A stretch of DNA of 64,000 nt, taken from contig CALRVH010000010.1 of assembly GCA_943371565.1 (NCBI GenBank), positions 23,940 through 87,939 of the forward strand. Reading direction: 5' to 3'. Below, piece after piece: positions 8,896 to 17,602 of this stretch (within the stretch, counting starts at the first letter, position 1; every line of letters begins with the position of its first letter). Position numbers and translations under genes: made by a program. Source of the stretch: Chitinophaga pinensis. Lineage in GTDB: Bacteria > Bacteroidota > Bacteroidia > Chitinophagales > Chitinophagaceae. The notes beneath the pieces are model-generated. The model made no database searches. It was not told the DNA's origin and was given only the letters and a program-made list of their open reading frames with translations.

Positions 8896-10352
8896 TATAA
8901 TTCAATACAAACATTCTTCGCCTCCGTAAAAAATCGCAATGCTTCCCAACCACCTTCTCTTCCAACGCCGCTGTTCTTCAAACCGCCAAATGGAGTTCTT
9001 AAATCTCGAAGTAACCAGCAATTGATCCAGATAATTCCACTTTCTACTTTTGCAGCAACACGGTTGGCTCTTGAAATATCTTTTGCCCAGATACTTGCCG
9101 CTAACCCATATTGTGTAGCATTGGCTAATTGTATGGCATCCTCTTCCGTTTTAAAGGATTGTATCGTTACTACTGGACCAAATATTTCTTCCTGGTTAGT
9201 TTGGCAATTTTGATTCAGACCTTCGATGATTGTTGGTTGAATAAAATAACCATTCGCACATCTGCCTTCTACTTTCACTGCAGTACCGCCACATAAAATT
9301 GTTCCACCCTCCTGCTTTGCAGTTTCGATGCAACGTAATATTTTTTCATAATGCACTTTACTAACGATAGCTCCTTGTTTGGATTCTGCCAACAATGGAT
9401 CACCAACCGTTAGCTTTTTAGCCCAGGCAACAAAATCAGTTTTAAATTTTTCATACACTGATTCTTCAATTAAAATGCGACTGCCACATAAACAAATTTG
9501 CCCCTGGTTGCCAAATGAAGAACGAATTGTATTAAACAACATTTTTTCCCACTCACAATCTGCAAAAATGATATTGGGATTTTTGCCGCCGAGTTCCAAT
9601 GACAGCTTTTTGAATTTTGGCGCAGCAATAGACGCAATTCGTTCACCAGCTTTTGTACTTCCGGTAAATGAAATAGCTTTTATAGAGGGATGTGATACGA
9701 TGGCTTCGCCAACATTAGGGCCAGTGCCGTGCAAAATATTCAACACTCCATCGGGCAAACCAGCTTCTTTACAAATTTTAGCCAGCAGGTAGGCGGTAAC
9801 AGGAGTTACTTCGCTTGGTTTGGCAATTACACAATTACCAGCAGCCAATGGAGGAGTAATTTTCCAGGTAAATAAATACAGCGGTAAATTCCAGGGAGAG
9901 ATACAACCAACGATACCGATCGGTTGACGAAGCGTATAATTCACCGCCTTGTCTTCCATATTATGGCTTTCCGTAGCAAAGTGCATGATGCCCGTTGCAA
10001 AAAATCGAAAATTGGCTGATGCTCTTGGAATATCCACTTCTTTACTTAGCCAAAGCGGTTTCCCGTTATCATTTGTTTCGGCGAGTGCAAGTGCTTCTAA
10101 ATTTTCATCAATGAGCTCTGCAATACGATTGAGAATCTTAAATCGTTCTTCAACTGGCGACACACTCCAGGTTATAAATGCATTTTGGGCAGCATGCACA
10201 GCAGCGTCTACATCTTTTTCGTTACTATCAGGAATTTGTCCATACACTTCTCCCGTGGCGGGATTGATGTTGTCGATAAATTTTCCACTAAGTGGACCAA
10301 TAAGATTCCCTCCAATATAATTCTCTAAGTGATATGCGATTTTTAAATCCAT
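8895..10352 (-). CDS. NAD-dependent aldehyde dehydrogenase (2-aminomuconate-6-semialdehyde dehydrogenase-like)
   Basis: ALDH motifs ELGGKNP and catalytic Cys block GQICLCGSR are present. I place the start at the ATG at 10352 (MDLKIAYHLENYIGG). The ORF-track extension to 10388 runs into an intergenic hairpin. Confidence 0.85.
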   Translation of the reverse strand: MDLKIAYHLENYIGGNLIGPLSGKFIDNINPATGEVYGQIPDSNEKDVDAAVHAAQNAFITWSVSPVEERFKILNRIAELIDENLEALALAETNDNGKPLWLSKEVDIPRASANFRFFATGIMHFATESHNMEDKAVNYTLRQPIGIVGCISPWNLPLYLFTWKITPPLAAGNCVIAKPSEVTPVTAYLLAKICKEAGLPDGVLNILHGTGPNVGEAIVSHPSIKAISFTGSTKAGERIASIAAPKFKKLSLELGGKNPNIIFADCEWEKMLFNTIRSSFGNQGQICLCGSRILIEESVYEKFKTDFVAWAKKLTVGDPLLAESKQGAIVSKVHYEKILRCIETAKQEGGTILCGGTAVKVEGRCANGYFIQPTIIEGLNQNCQTNQEEIFGPVVTIQSFKTEEDAIQLANATQYGLAASIWAKDISRANRVAAKVESGIIWINCWLLRDLRTPFGGLKNSGVGREGGWEALRFFTEAKNVCIEL

Positions 10353-10410
10353 GTTGAATTTTAAATGGCAAATGTTGAATGAACTCATTTAAAATTCATC
10401 ATTCAACATT
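10351..10410. repeat. Nested inverted repeats overlapping the ALDH start codon
   Basis: aatgttgaatga (10371-10382) and tcattcaacatt (10399-10410) form a perfect 12-bp inverted repeat. gaattttaaat (10356-10366) and atttaaaattc (10387-10397) form a perfect 11-bp inverted repeat. atgttgaat is directly repeated at 10351 and 10372. Confidence 0.7.
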
Positions 10411-10415
10411 CATAA

Positions 10416-11201
10416 TTATATTGAGCCAGTTCTTCCTCCATCCACCGGAATACTTACACCATTTACATAGGATGCTGCAGGCGATGCAAGGAAAACGGCC
10501 ACAGCTGCAATCTCAGAAGCATCGGCAAAACGTTTCATGGGCACTTCTTCTACCATATTCTTCTCTACCAAATCAATAACGGTATTTCCTTTCTTCGCAA
10601 TATTTTCAATTAAGGTTGACAATCGTTTTGTGCTGGTAAATCCGGGCAATACATTATTGACAGTAATATTAAACTGTCCCAGCTCATTCGCCATACTTTT
10701 TGCCCAACTGGCCACTGCACCACGAATTGTATTGGATACTCCCAGGTTCTTCAACGGAATCTTAACCGAAGTAGAAATAATATTGATAATTCGTCCATAC
10801 CCTTCCTTTTTCATAGATGGCACAACAGCTTTTGTCAAAATATGATTACAGATCAAATGCTGGTTGAATGTATTTAAAAAGGCTTCTTCGGTTGCTTCGA
10901 TAATAGGGCCTGCCGCAGGGCCGCCGGTATTGTTTATTAAAATATGAACAAGGGTCCTTGTCACATGTGCATCAATTACTTTCCTCACTTCATCAGGCTT
11001 ATTAAAATCAGCAACCAGGTAACTATGCTGTTGCCTTAACTGGGTGTCTAACTTCAGTACGGCATCCTTCAGAGCTTCTTCATTTCTTGCTACTAATGTG
11101 CAATTGGCACCCAGCAAAGCCAGTTCTTCTGCAATAGCCAGACCAATACCTTGTGTGCTGCCACAAACAACCGCATTTTTTCCTTCCAGAGAGAGATTCA
11201 T
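10416..11201 (-). CDS. Atypical short-chain dehydrogenase/reductase (catalytic Tyr/Lys not conserved)
   Basis: Rossmann motif CGSTQGIG and NNTG are present. An ungapped alignment to the FabG active-site block puts Ser and Arg (VSNTIRGAV) where YxxxK (NYAAAKAGL) is expected. Confidence 0.8.
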   Translation of the reverse strand: MNLSLEGKNAVVCGSTQGIGLAIAEELALLGANCTLVARNEEALKDAVLKLDTQLRQQHSYLVADFNKPDEVRKVIDAHVTRTLVHILINNTGGPAAGPIIEATEEAFLNTFNQHLICNHILTKAVVPSMKKEGYGRIINIISTSVKIPLKNLGVSNTIRGAVASWAKSMANELGQFNITVNNVLPGFTSTKRLSTLIENIAKKGNTVIDLVEKNMVEEVPMKRFADASEIAAVAVFLASPAASYVNGVSIPVDGGRTGSI

Positions 11202-11266
11202 AAAGTCAAACCTAAAGAAAATTGTTGTAATTTTTCGACCTTATTACACCTCTAAAAACCAGCTAT

Positions 11267-11791
11267 ATGGCCGTAATTGCTCCTTTCAACCTAAAAAAAT
11301 GGATTGACGATAACCGTGACCTGCTGAAACCTCCGGTGGGCAACCAATGTGTGTATAAAGACGCTGAGAATTTTATCGTAATGGTGGTAGGCGGACCCAA
11401 TGCCCGAAAAGATTACCATTTTAATGAAACAGAAGAGCTCTACTACCAGGTGGAAGGCGATATCGTAGTGAAAATTATAGATAATGGCGAGTTCAAGGAC
11501 ATTCCCATTAAAGAGGGTGAGATATTTCTTTTGCCACCCAAAACTCCCCATTCGCCACAACGGGGACCCGGCACCGTCGGGTTGGTCATTGAAAAGAAAA
11601 GAGAATCAGAAGACGATGGATTCCTCTGGTTCTGTGAAAAATGTGGCAACAAATTATATGAAGAAACATTACATGTGGATGATATTGTAAAACAACTGCC
11701 GCCGGTGATGAATAGATTCTGGGAAGATATGATGCACCGGACTTGTGAGAAATGCGGAGCAGTGATGGAGCCGCCTGTTAAGAAAGGTTAA
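11267..11791 (+). CDS. nbaC: 3-hydroxyanthranilate 3,4-dioxygenase
   Basis: Cupin core (VMVVGGPNARKDYHFNETEELYYQVEGD, LLPPKTPHSPQR) plus a C-terminal CxxC...CxxC site (CEKCGNK, CEKCGAV), as in bacterial HAO. Confidence 0.9.
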   Translation: MAVIAPFNLKKWIDDNRDLLKPPVGNQCVYKDAENFIVMVVGGPNARKDYHFNETEELYYQVEGDIVVKIIDNGEFKDIPIKEGEIFLLPPKTPHSPQRGPGTVGLVIEKKRESEDDGFLWFCEKCGNKLYEETLHVDDIVKQLPPVMNRFWEDMMHRTCEKCGAVMEPPVKKG

Positions 11792-11940
11792 TTGGGCTAT
11801 TGGTTAATTGGGGTCGTGATAAAGCGAATGTCTTTTAACATGCTACACCACTTGTATTCCCCAAAAACCTAATTAATCAATTAAAAATTAAAAGACTCCT
11901 GTTTTCCCAATAAACTAATTAACTATTATACCAATTAACC
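11786..11940. repeat. Inverted-repeat element built from GGTTAATTGG/TTTATTGGG words (copy 2)
   Basis: The left arm ggttaattgggctattggttaattgggg (11786-11813) contains the nbaC TAA stop. The right arm cccaataaactaattaactattataccaattaacc (11906-11940) ends 5 nt before the ACMSD start. Confidence 0.7.
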
Positions 11941-11945
11941 ATTCC

Positions 11946-12956
11946 ATGAAAATAGACATCCACACACACATCATGCCCGACAAAATGCCAAACTGGACCC
12001 AAAAGTTTGGCTATGGCGAATTCATACATTTAGAACACCGCAGTTGCGAAGCCTGTATGATGAAAGGCGATAAGCTTTTTCGGGTAGTGGAAGAAAACTG
12101 CTACAAGGCAGACATACGGTTAAAACAGATGGAAGAAACCGAAGTGTCTATACAGGTACTCTCTACTATTCCCGTTCTTTTTAATTACTGGGCAAAGCCT
12201 GCTGATGGTTTAGAGACATCCCGTTTTCTGAACGACCATATCGCTGAGACAGTAGATAAAGAACCCAATCACTTTATAGGACTAGGCACTGTTCCCTTAC
12301 AAGACACTGATCTTGCTATCAAAGAAATGGAACGATGTGTAAAAAAATTAAAAATGCCGGGATTGGAGATCGGCTCCAACATCAATGGAAAAAATCTTTC
12401 TGACCCGTGCTTCTTTCCTTTTTATGAAGCTGCTGAAAAATTGAACTGTGCTTTATTCATTCACCCCTGGGAAATGATGGGCGAAACACAAATGGAAAAA
12501 TACTGGTTGCCCTGGCTGGTGGGTATGCCTGCTGAAACATCAAGGGCCATTTGCTCAATACTATTCAGCGGAGTACTTGAAAAATTTCCTAAACTGAGAA
12601 TTTCTTTTGCGCATGGCGGCGGTTCATTCCCGATCACTATTGGCCGGATAGAACATGGTTTTAAAGTACGACCGGATTTAGTGGCTGTTGATAACCCCAT
12701 TAACCCAAGAGATTACATCGGCAAATTCTGGGTTGATAGTTTAGTACATGATAAAAAGGCGTTCAACTATTTATTAGATGTAATGGGAGAAGACCATATC
12801 TGCCTCGGCAGTGACTATCCCTTTCCATTGGGGGAACATAAACCAGGAAGGCTGATAGAAAAAATGGATCTTGGCAAGAAGACGACAAGAAAACTACTTT
12901 ACAAAAATGCGTTGGATTGGCTGGGCTTAAGTGAAAAAAATCTTCCTGAGTTTTAA
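11946..12956 (+). CDS. 2-amino-3-carboxymuconate-6-semialdehyde decarboxylase (amidohydrolase_2 family)
   Basis: N-terminal metal-binding motif IDIHTHIMP, then FIHPW and a C-terminal LGSDYPFP block typical of ACMSD. It lies directly downstream of nbaC. Confidence 0.85.
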   Translation: MKIDIHTHIMPDKMPNWTQKFGYGEFIHLEHRSCEACMMKGDKLFRVVEENCYKADIRLKQMEETEVSIQVLSTIPVLFNYWAKPADGLETSRFLNDHIAETVDKEPNHFIGLGTVPLQDTDLAIKEMERCVKKLKMPGLEIGSNINGKNLSDPCFFPFYEAAEKLNCALFIHPWEMMGETQMEKYWLPWLVGMPAETSRAICSILFSGVLEKFPKLRISFAHGGGSFPITIGRIEHGFKVRPDLVAVDNPINPRDYIGKFWVDSLVHDKKAFNYLLDVMGEDHICLGSDYPFPLGEHKPGRLIEKMDLGKKTTRKLLYKNALDWLGLSEKNLPEF

Positions 12957-12962
12957 TCCGAC

Positions 12963-13889
12963 TTACTCAGTAAACAAATTCGGATAATCACTAATAATTC
13001 CATCTACTCCCATCGCTTTCAATTCTGCAATCTTCTCTTTTGTATTCACCGTCCACGGAATTATTTTCATATTCTGACTATGGCAACTCTTTATCAACTT
13101 TTCATTTACATGAACAAAGGCCGGGCTGTAAATTGTCGGGATAAAGCCTAACGCTTTTATTTGCTCCGCCAGGCTACGTTTATCAGAATCCTCGATCAGC
13201 ATTGCTGTTTTTATGTGGGGATATTTTTGATGTAAATATTGCAAGGTCCTGAAATCAAATGATTGGATGATCACAAAATCTTCAATCTGCTTTTCCTTTA
13301 TCACAGCCATCAGTAGTTCTACAAACTCTTCCGGTTTTGGATGAAAGACTCTGTCAAACTCCGGGTTGGTTTTTGTTTCAATATTATAATATGGGAAAGG
13401 TCTTCTTCTCGTCATCATATCTGCCTTTATGCTATCTATCACATCCGCCAGCAAGGGTTTCGTCACTTTCATTTTTTGCTGTTGTGGAAAACGGGGATGT
13501 GGTTTCATTCCCACATCAAAGGTCTTTGTTTGCTCATAGGTCATCCAGTAAATATTATAGGTCCGTTCTTCCCTGGGGCCCATAAATGTTCCGTCAGGCT
13601 TAGTAGTTATTTCCTGTCCAAACCATTGCTCATGGGAAAGGATAACTTTTTTATCTTTTGTGATCACTACATCCATTTCCAATGTAGTAACACCCATGCC
13701 CACTGCATACAACATAGCAGGCACCGTATTCTCCGGCATCAGTCCCCGGCAACCCCGGTGACCTTGCTTATCAAACTCCCCCTGTACATACGTTTCCTTA
13801 CCTGTATCAGTAGAAGCATCCCTCATCTTCTTTGTATTTGAACATGATAAAGTAAATACCAGCAACCCGGTCAACAAATAATTTCTCAT
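12963..13889 (-). CDS. Glycerophosphodiester phosphodiesterase (lipoprotein)
   Basis: Lipobox-like signal (FTLSCS) and the GDPD catalytic block GHRGCRGLMPENT ... EMDV. Confidence 0.85.
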   Translation of the reverse strand: MRNYLLTGLLVFTLSCSNTKKMRDASTDTGKETYVQGEFDKQGHRGCRGLMPENTVPAMLYAVGMGVTTLEMDVVITKDKKVILSHEQWFGQEITTKPDGTFMGPREERTYNIYWMTYEQTKTFDVGMKPHPRFPQQQKMKVTKPLLADVIDSIKADMMTRRRPFPYYNIETKTNPEFDRVFHPKPEEFVELLMAVIKEKQIEDFVIIQSFDFRTLQYLHQKYPHIKTAMLIEDSDKRSLAEQIKALGFIPTIYSPAFVHVNEKLIKSCHSQNMKIIPWTVNTKEKIAELKAMGVDGIISDYPNLFTE

Positions 13890-14521
13890 GATGGGAATAC
13901 TTTTGATTTCCTTTTTTCCATTATGGCAGCAATATTTTTTGCATCGCCGTCTTTTTGCTTCAGTTGCTGAATAATGTTGTCATAACTTTTCTCGTCCCGG
14001 TCCTGGCTTAGCTTAAATACATGCTGCAAGTCATTGACCACAATTTCAAAAGGCACAATGGCTTTCATCATTCTTTCCGTGTATTCAGCAGGTAAATTAT
14101 CAAACACCGTTGCTGAGGCCGGATTATTATTCTCATAATGAAGCGTAAGCCGTTTGAGAATAGATATCAATTCATCCGTATCACCAAACCGAATGGTACC
14201 TTTTGCATGCACACTCATATAATTCCAGGTACTCCCCACGGATGGATTAGCATACCAGGTAGCACTTACATAAGTGTGTGGTCCGGTAAATACTGCTAAC
14301 ACATCAGCGTTTTGTTCAAATGCTTTATGATGGTCTGTATTTCGCATGATATGACCTGTGAGAGAATATCTTCCGTCTTTTTCATCGATAAAAACAGGGA
14401 TTTGCGTAGCCACAGGTTTATTCGCTGAACCTGCCCCCGTTAAAAAAACAAAGGGGTGATCTTTCATGAACTGAATAATTTCTTCATGATTTTTTTCTTT
14501 GTGATGCGGCAAGTCGTACAT
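13886..14521 (-). CDS. FMN-binding PaiB-family regulator-like protein
   Basis: 211 aa. The overall pattern resembles PaiB (split-barrel) family proteins. Confidence 0.7.
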   Translation of the reverse strand: MYDLPHHKEKNHEEIIQFMKDHPFVFLTGAGSANKPVATQIPVFIDEKDGRYSLTGHIMRNTDHHKAFEQNADVLAVFTGPHTYVSATWYANPSVGSTWNYMSVHAKGTIRFGDTDELISILKRLTLHYENNNPASATVFDNLPAEYTERMMKAIVPFEIVVNDLQHVFKLSQDRDEKSYDNIIQQLKQKDGDAKNIAAIMEKRKSKVFPS

Positions 14522-14538
14522 GAAATACTATTTTGAGA

Positions 14539-15633
14539 TTATACCGTCTCTGCAATTTTCTCTGCACTGATATTCGCATTTCGCATTGCAATACTTCTCA
14601 CTACCTGTGCTGTAAATCCTTCAAATGCTTTTTTGGTAATCAGATCATCACTCATCATGATGGGTACTCCCAGGTCACCGCCTTCCCGAATGCTCTGTAC
14701 CAGCGGAATTTGCCCAAGAAAAGGAATATCATATTCGTCCGCTAATCTTTTCCCGCCATCTTTTCCAAAAATGTAATATTTGTTATCGGGCAGTTCTGCC
14801 GGAGTAAAATAACTCATGTTTTCCACTAACCCTATCACTGGCACATTCAGTTGGGCCTGCCCAAACATAGCGATACCTTTCTTTGCATCTGCAAGGGCCA
14901 CATCCTGCGGGGTAGTTACAATTACAGCACCGGTAACCGGCACCGTTTGCATCAGCGTTAAATGTATATCACCGGTTCCGGGTGGCATATCCACCACTAA
15001 GTAATCCAGCTCACCCCAATACACATCCGTTACAAATTGACGGATGGCACTGCTCGCCATCGGGCCCCTCCACACTACTGCATTTTTTTCATCTACTAAA
15101 AAACCGATGCTTATTAATTTCAACCCATACCGTTCCAGCGGTGCAATCATAGGTTTTTCACCACCTACCTCTACCATCATGGGTCGTTCGCCCCTTACAC
15201 CAAACATTATTGGTACACTGGGTCCATAAATATCCGCATCCATCAAACCCACTTTAGCTCCGCCTTGCGATAAGGCCAGAGCAAGGTTGGCAGCCACGGT
15301 CGATTTACCTACTCCACCCTTTCCACTTACTACTGCAATAATGTTTTTTACATTTGGCAATACTGCACCGGTATCAGTTCTTTTAGTAGTAGTATTGGAA
15401 GTAAACTTCACATTGACTGTCGCTTCTTTATTTACCAGCAGTTTAATAGCATTTACACAGGCATTTTTCATCATATCCTTCATAGGACAGGCGGGAGTAG
15501 TCAATACAATGGTAAAGGAAACATAGTTGCCTTCAATTTCAATATCCTGAATCATGTTTAACGTTACCAGGTCTTTACCCAAATCAGGTTCCTGTACATT
15601 ACTCAACGCTTCCAGTACTTTTTCTTTCGTCAT
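14539..15633 (-). CDS. apbC: Mrp/NBP35-family Fe-S cluster carrier ATPase
   Basis: N-terminal DUF59-like domain, deviant Walker A motif SGKGGVGKST, and a CPXC-region equivalent. Length is 364 aa. Confidence 0.9.
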   Translation of the reverse strand: MTKEKVLEALSNVQEPDLGKDLVTLNMIQDIEIEGNYVSFTIVLTTPACPMKDMMKNACVNAIKLLVNKEATVNVKFTSNTTTKRTDTGAVLPNVKNIIAVVSGKGGVGKSTVAANLALALSQGGAKVGLMDADIYGPSVPIMFGVRGERPMMVEVGGEKPMIAPLERYGLKLISIGFLVDEKNAVVWRGPMASSAIRQFVTDVYWGELDYLVVDMPPGTGDIHLTLMQTVPVTGAVIVTTPQDVALADAKKGIAMFGQAQLNVPVIGLVENMSYFTPAELPDNKYYIFGKDGGKRLADEYDIPFLGQIPLVQSIREGGDLGVPIMMSDDLITKKAFEGFTAQVVRSIAMRNANISAEKIAETV

Positions 15634-15734
15634 TTTCCAAGTATTTGTTAAAAGTCTTTATTAACGCCAAAGTTAACCAATACAAGGGGCAATTTGTTTT
15701 ACGAAATCAGCAACTTGTCTTTATTTTTGGCGCA

Positions 15735-16376
15735 GTGAAGAAAATTATACTTTATACAGGTTTACTGTTATTTATCCTCCCCCGAACTGCCCGGGCCCAG
15801 TTCGAAACGTCCCGTGATTCTGTGGTACAATTGTATGGCGTCATTATGACGGCGGACAGCCTGGTGGGCATCCCCGCCGTAAGTGTGATGGTAAAGGGAC
15901 AAAACAGGGGCACTATCTCCAATTCACAAGGTGTATTTTCTATCGTAGTGCTAAAAGGCGACCAGGTCGAGTTTACCCACGTTACTTACAAGTCTAAAAC
16001 CATTTCTATTCCCCGCACTTTAGAAGGCAATCAGTATAGTGTGGTGCAGTTAATGGTTGTTGATACGGTTTATCTCCCTGCTACTATTATTCGTCCGAGA
16101 CCAACCGCAGAACAATTTGCCCGGGATTTTGCAAAGACCAAAGTACCCGATGATGATATTGAAATAGCCCGGCAAAATACCAGTGCCACCAAACGAAGGG
16201 TGCTGATGCGTACCGTTCCCGGCGATGGCGGCGAAGCCAGCAAAGTACAGTTCAACAAAATTGCAACCCGTGCCGTTTACCAGGGTCAAACTCCTCCTAT
16301 GAACATATTCAACCCCGCAGCATGGGGCGAATTTATACAGGCCTGGAAACGGGGAGATTTTAAGAATAAAAACTAA
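15735..16376 (+). CDS. Carboxypeptidase-regulatory-like domain protein (exported)
   Basis: An in-frame GTG at 15735 gives a signal peptide (VKKIILYTGLLLFILPRTARAQ). The ORF-track TTG start at 15645 is probably too far upstream. A CarbopepD_reg-like block is present (GVIMTADSLVGIPAVSVMVKGQNRGTISNSQGVFSI). Confidence 0.55.
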   Translation: MKKIILYTGLLLFILPRTARAQFETSRDSVVQLYGVIMTADSLVGIPAVSVMVKGQNRGTISNSQGVFSIVVLKGDQVEFTHVTYKSKTISIPRTLEGNQYSVVQLMVVDTVYLPATIIRPRPTAEQFARDFAKTKVPDDDIEIARQNTSATKRRVLMRTVPGDGGEASKVQFNKIATRAVYQGQTPPMNIFNPAAWGEFIQAWKRGDFKNKN

Positions 16377-16651
16377 TGATATCCCACCTCATGCCCTGTC
16401 CCTAAAGGGAACTTAGATTAATGAGTCACTATAAGATATTATAATTTCCCAGCGATAGTTTTCATGGTATCTCTGTTGCGAACTTGTTCTGTTATCCTTT
16501 TTTCAAGGAAAGGAAAGAATAACCACACTTGTACTTCCGGTCCATTGGGCAACAAATACAATCTCCTTACATTTGTTAGTGAAACAATCACTTTTACATA
16601 AAGTGAAATTTATAATTCTCCCCTTTAGGGGAATAGTAAAAACTAATCTGT

Positions 16652-17551
16652 ATGAATCTTAAAGGGGGCGTTGTATCTGTTATCGGCGCAGGCACCATGG
16701 GCAATGGCATTGCTCATGTATTTGCACAAGCAGGATTTAAAGTAACCATTGTAGATATTTCGCTGGCACAGCTTGACAAAGCAGTTGCTAATATCACCAA
16801 AAACCTGGACCGGCAAATTGCCAAAGGCACTGCTACCGAAGAACAAAAGAAAATAACCCTTGCTAATATCAGTGTCGAGTCTGATCTGCTTGATGGAGTA
16901 AAGGATGCGGTCCTGATCGTAGAAGCCGCCACAGAAAATGTAGAACTGAAACTAAAGATCTTCGAACAGTTGGATAACTATGCTCCCAAAGATGCTATCC
17001 TGGCCACTAATACATCGAGTATTTCCATTACAAAGATCGCAGCAGTCACCAACCGGGCCAGTAAAGTGATCGGCATGCATTTTATGAATCCCGTACCGGT
17101 GATGAAACTGGTAGAGATCATTAATGGCTATGCGACTAAAAAAGAAGTAACTGACGCTATTGTTGAATTAAGCAAACAATTGGGCAAAGTGCCTTGTGTG
17201 GTAAATGATTATCCCGGCTTTATTGCCAACCGCATATTGATGCCGATGATCAATGAAGCAATTTACAGTTTATACGAAGGGGTCGCCGGTGTAGAAGAAA
17301 TAGATACCGTAATGAAATTGGGTATGGCCCACCCGATGGGGCCGTTGCAATTGGCCGACTTTATAGGTTTAGATATTTGTCTTTCCATACTACATGTGTT
17401 GCATGATGGTTTTGGTAATCCCAAATATGCTCCTTGCCCTTTATTGGTAAATATGGTGATGGCGGGTAAGCTGGGCGTAAAAAGCGGCGAAGGATTTTAT
17501 ACCTATACACCGGGGAGCAAGGAATTGGTGGTGAGTGAGAGGTTTAGGTAA
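16652..17551 (+). CDS. hbd: 3-hydroxybutyryl-CoA dehydrogenase
   Basis: NAD-binding motif IGAGTMGNGIA and the 3HCDH N- and C-domain pattern (MHFMNPVP, GFIANR). Confidence 0.9.
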   Translation: MNLKGGVVSVIGAGTMGNGIAHVFAQAGFKVTIVDISLAQLDKAVANITKNLDRQIAKGTATEEQKKITLANISVESDLLDGVKDAVLIVEAATENVELKLKIFEQLDNYAPKDAILATNTSSISITKIAAVTNRASKVIGMHFMNPVPVMKLVEIINGYATKKEVTDAIVELSKQLGKVPCVVNDYPGFIANRILMPMINEAIYSLYEGVAGVEEIDTVMKLGMAHPMGPLQLADFIGLDICLSILHVLHDGFGNPKYAPCPLLVNMVMAGKLGVKSGEGFYTYTPGSKELVVSERFR

Positions 17552-17602
17552 GGTGTTACCGATTTTCGGGGGATTTAGTATCTTCCTTATAATAAATTCT
17601 TG

